A stretch of 64,000 nucleotides of DNA from Octopus sinensis (Eukaryota). The notes under the pieces are model-generated. The model made no database searches, was not told the origin of the DNA, and saw only the letters and a program-made list of their open reading frames with translations. The DNA lies in contig NC_043006.1 in the NCBI RefSeq assembly GCF_006345805.1, forward strand, positions 81,096,001 to 81,160,000, written 5' to 3'. Both the position numbers and the translations under genes were made by a program. Positions 27,942-39,630 of this stretch are shown piece after piece (position 1 is the first letter of the stretch; every line of letters starts with the position of its first letter).

Positions 27942-28188
27942 ACGAACCACCAGCCGTCGCTCAAACTCTTCGGAAACTCGGGACCCTACCAAGTCGAGCG
28001 ACGACGATTGACCGGCCCAATCGAACGGAGAATTTTGTTTTAATTTTTCTAAATTTATTATTTAATTTTTACAGTTGAAAGTCTCAAATGACTGAAACCG
28101 GTACTGAAATGTTCTTTATAAAATTACTTTAGCATTTTCTATCTTGACTTGTTTTTTCATGTATATCAACTCGTGTTCTTTTCATCCT

Positions 28189-28278
<90 letters not shown>

Positions 28279-28300
28279 GAGGAGAGAGAGAGAGAGAGAG

Positions 28301-28360
<60 letters not shown>

Positions 28361-29263
28361 GTGTGTATGTGTGTGTGTGTTCGTTTGCATTCGTTTGCAT
28401 ATCTAGTCATATATTGCATGCGTACACTTTCCCCTTACTAAGCTATTTTCCTAAAAACCCCAAATATTATCTGAACACTGGTAATTTTTTCAGTTTGTAT
28501 ATTTTCTTGATACATTTTTCAGGAAGACTTTCTTTCGACAGATTTCTTTAATTCTCAGCCCTTTATTCATTATGATTCTTTATATTATTAAAATCTCAGT
28601 GAAATATCACATAGCTATTTTTATTTCTAATATTTTACAAGTGTCCTTTTGTTTTAGACTTCTATTAATAGACAGAACTTCCTCTGACATATTTTTTACG
28701 CATACGGGTCATTTTTACTTCTTACAACGTTCTCTGTTGTGACCGATTTTCTTTTCAACTTTAATTTCCGCATCTTAAACAATTTTCCTTTATTCAATTC
28801 CGTAGATATCTGTTATACATACTAAATTTCATTTTTAGCAACAACCGATAATTCGTTAACATATTACACATTCCACTGCAGTGTTAGCAAAATCCAGATA
28901 GAGCTAAAAAGCAAAAGGTCACTAACGAAAAAAATACTCCACTTCGTCATACGAGTATTTTGGCTTTTAACTCTTTACACTCTAAGGCGGGAGTCGGACA
29001 GCATCTAGGTTACGACTCATGGTACACCTCTTTTTCTATGCTTTACACTACGGACTGTATTGCAGCTCTCATAACTTATGAAAATACTACAGAGCCAAGT
29101 ATCTACGGTGTTGTAATCAGTTCAGTATAAGCCACCAGTTGATTGTATGTTAGATTTTGCCTTCTGAAAACGACTTCTCTATGGAATCTTCACGTATACC
29201 GCAGCTTTAAGGGATTCAGCTTTCTTTCCCTCAGAAATTGAATGCTGTTTTCATAAGATTATA

Positions 29264-29307
<44 letters not shown>

Positions 29308-29367
29308 CGTTTTTGTATATATATGTGTGTGTGTATGCATATATGTATGTATGTATGCATGCATATG

Positions 29368-29408
<41 letters not shown>

Positions 29409-29464
29409 TATATATATATATTATATATTATATATTATGTATGTATACATATATATATATTATA

Positions 29465-30035
29465 AAACTAACAGCAGAACTCGAAGCAATTCAGAGACGC
29501 TACACAAAGAAGATCGTCTCAATGCAAAATATCAGCTACTGGGAAAGACTGAAAGTATTAAACCTCTTCTCCCTGGAGTGGAGGCGGGAGAGATATGCGG
29601 TGATATACATCTGGAAAATCCTAGAGGGTCTTGTCCCAAACTTTGGCATTCAAAGTTACCCTAACCGCAGAACGGGGCACCATTGCATGGTGCCAAAGAT
29701 TCAAACATCACCATCAAAATACAGGTCCAGATACTGCAACAGCTTGGGTTTCAGAGGACCACAGCTCTTTAACATCCTCCCTAAACGCCTGAGAGACTTA
29801 CATGGTGTGGGTGTGGGTGTCTTTAAAACTAAACTGGATCTCTTCTTGTCGGGAGTCCCAGATGAACCTACCTCACGACAGGAGACGCAGATGTGGGCAG
29901 CAGCATCAAACTCCCTTGTTGATCAAGTGCCACGTATCAGAGGTGGATTCACATATTAGTGTAGCTCATTCAGCGGTGGTGCCCCAGGATGGCCGCGGCC
30001 TTCGGGCTAAAATATTTTTAAGGATCTAAGGATTT
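29465..30035 (+). mobile_element. 3' fragment of a CR1-group LINE
   Basis: ELEAIQRRYTKKI..SYWERLKVLNLFSLE.RRERY..IYIWKILEG, RGPQLFNILPK.LR, FKTKLDLFL..VPDEP, SNSL; typical LINE ORF2 C-terminus inserted in (TA)n. Confidence 0.9.
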
Positions 30036-30046
30036 ATACGTAATTT

Positions 30047-30099
<53 letters not shown>

Positions 30100-30321
30100 T
30101 ATTAAGTAGTCATTGCCAAGTTAATAACCTGAAATAACTTAGTTAGGTTGGACACTGCCCTGATACTTGGGACCTTTCAGGACGTTTTGTCTGTTGAAGA
30201 CATATAAATGAACAGGAAAATGTCCCGTGTATGGATTTCCGAAACTGATTTTGTTTTCAGAATAATAGGTTACATCACTTCAAACTCATGGTCACTCTCT
30301 TTTCAACTGCTGCTGCTGCTG

Positions 30322-30391
<70 letters not shown>

Positions 30392-30569
30392 AAATTATAA
30401 TCGTTTCTCGTTTTGGCACAAGGCCAGAAAATTGGAGGAGTGAGCATTTCGATTACATAGGTAGATATATATACAACTATAAATAGTAAATTCGAAGTTC
30501 GGCCAGTTAAGCTCCTGTCAAAGATATATGCAATCTCAGGCTCTATTCAGGCAGTGATGACATATATAT

Positions 30570-30642
<73 letters not shown>

Positions 30643-30664
30643 TATACATATTATATATATAAAC

Positions 30665-31320
30665 ATAGGCACAGGAAGTGAACGTGGTAAGAAGCGTGCT
30701 AAGAAATATCACAAAGAAAAGGCGGCGAGCTGGCAAAAACGTTTGCACGCTGGGCGAAATGCTTAGTAGTATATTTCGTCTGCCGTCACGTTCTGAGTTC
30801 AAATTCCACCAAGGTCGACTTTGCTTTTCATTCTTTCGGGGTCGATAAATTAAGTACCAGTTACGTACTGGGGTCGATGTAATCGGTTTAATCCTTTGAC
30901 TGTCCTTGTTTGTCACCTCTATGTTTAGCCCCTTGTGGGCAATAAAGAAATAAGAAGTGTGCCTCCCAACCACATGGTTCCGGATTTAGTCCCACTTACG
31001 TGACACATTGGGCAAGTGTCTTCTGCTGTAACCTCGGGCCGAACTAAGCCTTGTCAGTGGATATGGTAAACGGAAGCTGAAAGGGGCCTGTATGTGTGTA
31101 TGTGTTTGTGTGTCATGTGTTTGCCTCCCAACATCGCTTGATACCGATATTGGTGTGATTACGTCCTCGTAACTTAGCGGTTCGGCAAAAGAGACCAATA
31201 GAATAAGTATTAGGCTTGCAAAGAATAAGTCCTGGGGTCGATTTGTTCGACTAAAGGTGATGCTCCAGCATGGCGGCAGCCAAATGACAGAAACAAGTAA
31301 AAGAATAAAAGAAATAGAAA
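30665..31320 (+). mobile_element. tRNA-derived SINE (host) carrying a nested SINE
   Basis: Head ATAGGCACAGGA..GTGGTAAGAAG resumes at 30951 (CCCAACCACATGGTTCCGG...GGGCAAGTGTCTTCT); tail GGGGTCGATTTGTTCGACTAAAGG...GAAACAAGTAAAAGAATAAAAGAA. Confidence 0.85.
30700..30950 (+). mobile_element. full-length SINE of the GGCGGCGAGCTGGCA family, nested, with 12-bp TSD
   Basis: B-box GAGTTCAAATTCC; flanked by TAAGAAGCGTGC (30688-30699) and TAAGAAGTGTGC (30951-30962). Confidence 0.9.
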
Positions 31321-31530
31321 AGAATATATAGTATATACATACACACACAAATACACACACACATACACAAACTCACTCACACACACACACAAATATATTA
31401 TTGAAAACAGCAGAAATATTACAGAAAAACTCTAACATTTTTTATGATATTTCGTCTCCTTTGCAACAAAGCACATTACACTACCTCTGTTATTTGAGTA
31501 CTCCTTTTTCCACCTTGTCTCACATTTATG

Positions 31531-31622
31531 TGCTTACAAAGAATAAGTCCTGGGGTCGATTTACTCGACTAAAGGCGGTGCTCCAGCACGGGCGCAGTCA
31601 AATGACTAAAACAAGTAAAAAA
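31531..31622 (+). mobile_element. SINE 3' fragment
   Basis: Matches 31215-31310. Confidence 0.8.
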
Positions 31623-31714
31623 AATATATACATATACATACATATGTATATATAGGTGTGTTTCCGTACACGCATGCATGTATGTATATGTATGTGGTTA
31701 TGTTTAAAGATACT

Positions 31715-31746
<32 letters not shown>

Positions 31747-34202
31747 TACACAGTCATACACTCAGACACACACACATGTATTAATATTTGCTTTTATGTT
31801 ATAACAAAACCAGTTTTACATTAAATTAAAGGATTACGCAATACAGTTAGTGGTATTCAAATTTATTATTCTTTAACAAGGACATTATCCAGAGCTACTT
31901 CGCAGTTTTAGCCTGGTAATCCATCCTCAGTCTGGAAATGCATTTAATTTCATCTTGGCTTTATATAATTTTTGTTAAGTTAAAACTTTCTACGTTACTC
32001 TGAATGATAATTAGGCTGTTTATCAGATTGTGGTACAAGATGGTAAGGAGAAATTTTATTGAATCTGCCAAAGTGCTAATTGTTAGAATTTATTAGTGCA
32101 TGTAGATTTTTGTGTTAGCTTTAGATCATAGGGATTCACAAAATCATGTAGTTAAGTTCTTGGTCAGAAGATCTGAGTTTGGTTTGGTTGTTGCCGTTTT
32201 AATTTAGTCATTAATAAGATATTAATATCTAAAGCTCAATAAGCGAAAGAATATAAGACCACAAATTACTTGGAGTAAAAGTATATAAAATGAATGAGAT
32301 ATAGAAAGAATGCAAAATGTTTACAAATTAGGATAAGAGAATGTACAAAATATTAATGACGGATATAAGTGCCAAAAATATAGAGAAAAATGCCACCACA
32401 TAATTTGACATAATTTCGGTAAAATGAATAATTTATCGGGGGTGGAAGATATCTATTTCTGGAACGAAAAATCTATAACGACGTAAAATTAATGAAACAG
32501 CTATCTTTATGATTGAATAGTTATTTATTGAAACCAACAGAAAGATAACATACTGATGATCAATGAATCTAGATTATCTAGATTATAACTTACTGCTGTT
32601 AAGGTATTTTGGGATCTTAATGCAATTTATGAGATAGTTATGTGGACCCAAGAAGCGCACCAACTATAAGAGGCAGTTCACGATTCATTTTTCTGGCAAT
32701 GACCTTAATGCTGAAGTTGTTTTCTATCAATGAGGATGGAAAGCAGCAAAGCAATATGGTAGAATGCATTCGTAATTAAAAATGTAATGTATTAAACAGG
32801 AGTATGGATAGTACAGTAGTAGACACTTTGTTACAATTGACCATCAAATTAACGATGAAGATAGCCATAATGTCGGAAGCTAGATTTTAAAATCCTTTTG
32901 CGAATAATTCCCCATCTATCCCTTATGGATTACATAGAATTTGCGACTGTAATTAAAATGCAGCACTGTAATATCTAAATCACTGAAATATTTCGGAAAT
33001 TGTGGTTTCTACTTTATAGACGAACCTTCTTTAGAGTACATCAGTTAATTCGCTGTTACATGAACTTACATAATTTACAATATGCACACTAAAAGGGAAA
33101 ATGAACCAACTTACCAAAATCTTTATATTCATGAAACATCCAATCACCCTAAAAGTACCGGTTAGAAATTTGTTAAAATCGACTCCCTAACATCTTACAC
33201 AATAAATAGTATCCACCAAACGTACAAAGTGACACATACAGGGGTAGAAACTACTCGCTACTTTTTTTTTTTGAAGTGTTAATATCACTATATAAAACAC
33301 ATTCAACATTAAATACATGCTCTTAGAAACAATAATGTATTATCAATTACACCAAATGGCTTTTACAATCTAAAGGACATTATTGCTTTGAATAAATTAA
33401 CTACATTGTTTATACTGAAAGCCTCCCTCACTTACACACACACACACACACATTACAAAATTAATCAGAAATTATTCATAACAATGCTAAGGCAAATTAA
33501 CAAAGTACGCGTGTTTTTGTATGTGTGTCTGTGTACCTCTGTGTGTCCGTGTATCTAATCTCCCAGTTGTTAATAAAAGCGGTATGATATATGATAGTGT
33601 AAAGAAATTGTAAAACTCAAAGCTTCCAACATAAGCCCAGAGATAACAATTTTAAGCTGGGAAGTGTGCATAATAAATATATGAGTGAAATTGAATTAGG
33701 AATGAAAGATAAGAACGGGAGAATAAGTGAAGTAGAAAGAAATAGATTAAAAAAGGTACAAACTTGTGAAGACATACAAAATCCTTGGAATAATTTAGGA
33801 TAATTTTGGGATGATAGAATGTATCTGGCCAAAAGTAATAAAAACCGCAAGAAATGAACGATGTGATAACATAAATATGGACATCTAAATAATAATTGAA
33901 TGATGGGAAACGTATTACAATTATTTCGGTTCTCAATACAAATGCTTCACTTTCAACATATGGTCACACATCATGTCATTTACGAAAGAAGAACAAGTCT
34001 GAAAGATTATTCTCAAACAAATAGTTATATATCACCACTCGTTTCGTAACTGTTCTCATGGTTGACAGTTAAATAATTTCGGTCCCGTTTCGCTCTTTTA
34101 AATCAGCTTTGAGTAATCCATCACCGAAAAGAAACTAGACTAGAATAAACAGACAAAATCCTTGTGATGCATGTCTACATATGCATATGTGTGTGTTAAT
34201 AT

Positions 34203-34233
<31 letters not shown>

Positions 34234-34521
34234 CTATATATATATAATATATATATATATATAAGTTTAACAATTAAGGATAATCTCTTAATAAGGGATC
34301 TAACAAGAAATTATCGGGTAGCTAGCGTGAAAACCTCAATAAAAGAAAAGAATTCGAAAATATTTTTTTCTTTTGAACAAATTAATTATATCTATATTGT
34401 ATAGAGGGCATTATTACACATAAAATGCCTCACACTAGGAGGGACAAAGTCATTACTACCAAAATTATACTAATCATACCCAAATTGCATTTTTCAAAGC
34501 AAGACATTTAAAAATGAATTT

Positions 34522-34579
34522 AGTTCTGTATCACCGTGATTTCACATTCAACTTACGTCTAATGATCGTCAGCAGAACT
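34522..34579 (-). ncRNA. type I hammerhead ribozyme
   Basis: Reverse complement of the motif at 35066-35123. Confidence 0.8.
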
Positions 34580-35065
34580 GATTCTGAACACATCATAAAT
34601 AAACTACCAACCTTACGTAGCGAAGACGAACAGACAACGCTCACTCCGGCCAAGCACATGGAATGTTTATAAATCATATATCCGGTAAATGGCGGATGAG
34701 TAGTATAATTTTGGTAGTAATGACTTTGTCCCTCTAGTGTGAGGCATTTATGTGTAATAATGCCTCTATACAATATAGATATAATTAATTTGTTCAAAAG
34801 AAAAAAATTATTTTCGAATTCTTTTCTTTTATGAGGTTTTCACGCTAGCTACCCGTAATTTCTTGTTAAGATCCCTTATTAAGAGATATCCTTAATTGTT
34901 AAACTATTCCGAAATATTTTCATTACCCGACATGCAGTTCGTAAAAAGCCCGCCATTTACCGGATATATGATTTATAAACATTCCATGTGCTTGGCCGGA
35001 GTGAGCAGTTGTCTGTTCGTCTTCGCTACGTAAGGTTGGTAGTTTATTATGATGTGTTCAGAATC

Positions 35066-35123
35066 AGTTCTGCTGACGATCATTAGACGTAAGTTGAATG
35101 TGAAATCACGGTGATACAGAACT
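35066..35123 (+). ncRNA. type I hammerhead ribozyme
   Basis: Stem I AGTTCTG/CAGAACT (7 bp), core CTGACGA, stem II CATT.GAC-GTAA-GTT.AATG, GAAA, stem III TCAC-G-GTGA, UH = TA (predicted cleavage after 35116). Confidence 0.8.
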
Positions 35124-35316
35124 AAATTCATTTTTTAAATGTCTTGCTTTGAAAAACTGCATTTGGGTATGATTAGTATAATTTTGGTAGTATGACTTTG
35201 TCCCTCCTAGTGTGAGGCATTTATGTGTAATAATGCCATCTATACAATATATATATTATATATATTAATATATAATATATATATATATATATTATATATA
35301 AATATATAATATATAT

Positions 35317-38300
35317 ATAAGTAAGGAAAATTTTTTAAAAATGGCAGATGCTCAAATGAAAGAAAATTGTAATAAAATGAGAAAATGAATAAAATATATA
35401 AATATATATTTATTCAACCGGTTTTCGTCATTGTATGACTTGTCAAGAATATTTATGTTTTAAGAAGTTATTTTAACAATTAGAAATGGGAAAAAAAGAA
35501 AATTGCATTGTTTTTGTAAAGAATAATGATAAAAATGTACAAAAATAAAAAATAAGTTCTCCGATACATTGTGAGTTCGTTGTATATCTTGAGTTTTATG
35601 GTTGTTTACCAAAAAATTACCTTGAGGTGTTAAGATCCAAAGGGATTAAGAGCATGTGATGTGTTGTGTTGTTAAATTCAGCATGTTGCAGGACAGGAAG
35701 TAGTAGTAATTGTGGTCCTGTTCTTCAGTTCCTGTGTTGTGGGTAAGGGGAGACAACTCTTTTGAGTTCTTCAATAAAACCCAAATTTAAAACTATATTT
35801 TAGCTTCATTTGCATTATCTTTTTTATATAATGCTTGTTAACTTAACTTTCAGATTTAACACTTTTATATATTATTTTCTAATAATATAAATCTGCATAG
35901 ACAATTGCATTTCAAATTGTCAATCATTTATATAAAAATGATAGTAATAACAACAATAGTAAAAATGATATTTAAAGAATGTAAGTTTAGCTTGAAGTGA
36001 TGAATGCAATGGTATCTTTATATATGTGTGTTAGTCCATCCATGAAGAGTGAGGTAGAGAAAGGAAGTTGATCAACGAGGAGTTTGCATATTAAGTTTGT
36101 GTTTGGAATTTTTCAATAAAGAGATTCTCCTTGTTAATTCTCTCTGTGTGGTGATCCCGTCTTTACATTGGTAGAAGGGAATATATAGAATTTGGGGTTT
36201 AAGTCTTTAGCACATGAGTCTATGTGGTCACTCAGTGGAATTTGTCGGTATTCCGGGAGATTTATTTGTTCTTTATGCACCGTTACTCGTTTACGTAACG
36301 GGAGACTCGTTTGTCCAACATAATTATGTTGGCAACCAGCGCATGTGAGAGCGTAGAAAAGGTTCTCGGAAGCAAAACCAAGGTAAAATCCAATTTCAGT
36401 AAGGAAGAATGGGAAAACCTACGTGACATACAACTGGATAAAACCTCACCATCAAAGAAGCGGACAAAGGGAGTGCTGTGGCTTATGGACACGGAATTTT
36501 ATAAACACCTAGTGTTCTCCATGCTTAACAATAACATTTTCTATGAGGTTATTAACAACTACAAACAGCAAAAAAACAATCAGAAACCTCACCACACTCA
36601 TACGCCAACACGGTCAGGGACTCACAGAAAAAGAAAGGGATTATATCATCATTTTCAAATGCAAGCCCAGCCTTTTTTATGGCATTCCTAAAATCCATAA
36701 AAAAACAATACATCACCGAAGCCTGCAAACTCTCCACTGACATCCACATCAACATCAAAGCACCGGAGGACCTAAAACTAAGGCCCATCGTGGTGGTACC
36801 TCCTGTGAACACACCGCCTGAGTAACTTCCTAGACATCCTTTTGAAACCTTTCCTTACCCCACATCAAAAGTTTCATTAGGGATGATCTGGACATGCTCA
36901 AACACCTCCGAAAAACAGTTAACGAGGAGGCACTCCTGGTATCCTTGTGATGTCATCAACCTCTACACCAACATTCCACACGAGTATGGTATAGAGGCAT
37001 TGACTTCTGGCTAGAAAAAACACCCAGAGACATTCCTGACCGCCAATAACAAGTCTTTATTACAGAATCTCTTAAGTTCATTCTGACAAACAATTTTTTC
37101 TCTTCGACGACACACACTACCGTCAAAAATGTGGCATTGCGATGGGTACCAAGGCTGCACCAGTCCTTGCGAACCTCATAATGGGTTACTTCGAACTGTC
37201 ACTCTATGAAATATCAAGCCAGAAATTTGGACATGTTTTCACACCTACCTAATGGAAAACTGGGAAAAGGTATTTAGATGATTGTTTCATCATATGGAAA
37301 GAACCTTATGAAAAACTCCTGGAATTCAAAACCATACTAAACAACATACATCCCAACATCCAATTCACTATGGAATTAAGCAAACATCATCTCCCATTCC
37401 TTGATCTCCTAATTATAAAAACACCTAAGAACCAAATCATAACAGACATCTACCACAAACCTACAGACTCACAACAATACCTCCTCTTTAGTTCATGCCG
37501 CCCAAAAAACACCAAGACAAATATCCCTTTCAATTTAGCTAAAAAGGGTATGCACCATTGTCTCGGATCCAAAAACACGAGAGAAATACGCCTTCAAGAC
37601 CTCAAAAAAACACTATTACAACGTCAATATCCCTCCACCCTTATAGAGTATGGAATAAAACGCGCCAAAGAACTAGACAACACTACACTGAAACCACCCA
37701 ACCTAACACCACACACAACCTCAAAATACTTCCATACATTTCACCACAACCCCAAAAATATCGAAGCATACACCACAATCATACAAAACCTCAGTCTACT
37801 GTCAACAGACCCAAAAATGAAAAGCATTATAAATACACACAAAATCCTCAAATGCAAAAGGCAACACAAATCTTTAAAAAAACTCTTGACAAATGCCAAA
37901 CTTCACACACCACATCCAACCCCAACAGTAAAAAAATGTGCACGCTCAAACTGTGGTACCTGCCCCTTTCTACTTGAAGGCTCTGAATTTACCTTCAAAC
38001 AAGGTACGAAGTTTAAAATCCAAGACTAACTTCTCCTGTTCCTCCGAGAACCTTATCTACGCTCTCACATGCGCTGGTTGCCAACATAATTATGTTGGAC
38101 AAACGAGTCTCCCGTTACGTAAACGAGTAACGGTGCATAAAGAACAAATAAATCTCCGGAATACCGACAAATTCACTGAGTGACCACTTAGACTCATGTG
38201 CTAAAGACTTAACCCCAAATTCTATATATTCCCCTTCTACCAATGTAAAGACGGGATCACCACACAGGAGAGAATTAACAAGGAGAATCTCGTTATTGAA

Positions 38301-39140
38301 AAATTCCAAACACAACTTAATATGCAAACTCCTCGTTGATCAAACTTCTTTCTCTACCTCACTCTTCATGGAGGACTAACACAAATATATAAAGATACCA
38401 TGCATTCATCACTTCAAGCTAAAACTTATATTCTTTAATATCATTTTTACTATTGTTGTTATTACTATCATTTTTATTATAAATGATATGACAATTTGAA
38501 ATGCAATTGTCTATGCAGATTTATATTATTAGAAAATAATATAATAAAGTGTTAAAATCTGAAAGTTAAGTTAACAAGCAATTATATAAAAAAGATAATG
38601 CAAATGAAGCTAAAATGATAGTTTTATAATTTGGGTTTTATTGAAGAACTCAAAAGAGTTGTCTCCCTTACCCACAACACAGGAACTGAAGAACCAGGAC
38701 CACAATTACTACTACTTCCTGTCCTGCAACATGCTGAATTTAACAACACAACACATCACATGCTCTTAATCCCTTTGGATCTTAACACCTCAAGGTAATT
38801 TTTTGGTAAAACACCATAAAACTCAAGATACACAACGAACACACAATGTATCGGAGAACTTATTTTTTAATTTTGTACATTTTATCATTATTCTTTACAA
38901 AAAACAATGCAATTTTCTTTTTTCCCATTTCTAATTGTTAAAATAACTTCTTAAAACATAAATATTCTGACAAGTCATACAATGACGAAAACCGGTTGAA
39001 TAAATATATAGTTTATATATTTATCATTTTCTCAATTTATTAAAATTTTCTTTCATTTGAGCATTCTGCATTTAAAAAAAAATTTTCCTTACTTATCATT
39101 TCTCCACGTGCGGTCAACACAACCCACCATTTATTGATCT
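35317..39140 (+). mobile_element. Penelope-like element (Neptune-like), 5'-truncated, with ~1.05-kb 5' inverted repeat
   Basis: Frameshifted ORF ~36370-38340: IKEADKGSAV, FYGIPKIHK, LRPIV, DVINLYTNIPH, GIAMGTKAAP, RYLDDCF, LPFLDL, YHKPTD, CARSNCGTC linker, NLIYALTCAGC..YVGQT..LRKRVTVH (GIY-YIG). 35317-36370 is the reverse complement of 38043-39096. Confidence 0.95.
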
Positions 39141-39630
39141 ATATATATATATATATATTATATGTATGTATGTATATATATATATTATATATATATACAT
39201 ACATACATACATACATATAATATATATATATATATATGAGAATGAATGTTTTTATATATAATGAACGTGAAATACAGGAGGGACGAACACGGAACACAGA
39301 CAAATCATTCGAAGCCTCAATCTTCAGTCAGACACCGAATCATCATAGCAAATTTCGGCTGTTCAATTCTGATATTTGCTCCAACTCGGCCAGCCCCAAG
39401 AAAAAAAAACTAAGCTGTAAGCATTAGATTTCTTGTAGAAGACAGGAATGTGAACGCACAAGACGGATGTGAATACAAGAGACGAAAACGAATTGAAAAC
39501 AGTAATGAATAAACAAAATATATATAACGGTGGTTGTCATACGACTTTAGACCAAATGAGGAAAAAACAACAACAAACATAGCTGGCGTAGAAATAATTA
39601 CCGTTTCGGTAGCGGGAAACAATGTTGGTC

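Larger units (their letters stand above)
34266..35250. mobile_element. non-coding hammerhead-bearing element, copy 2 (partial minus-strand unit plus an inverted >1-unit tandem; period ~473 bp)
   Basis: 34266-34695 is on the minus strand and 34701-35250 on the plus strand. TAGTATAATTTTGGTAG recurs at 34701 and 35174. Same left end (TTTAACAATTAAGGA) as copy 1; (TA)n flanks. Confidence 0.9.

Noticed and set aside
39320-39400. CTGAAGA/GAAA (minus strand) and interleaved AGCAAAT/ATTTGCT, GGCTG/CAGCC pairings in the host repeat as a ribozyme
   Set aside because: The order of the elements does not fit hammerhead topology or any ribozyme class I can match by eye.
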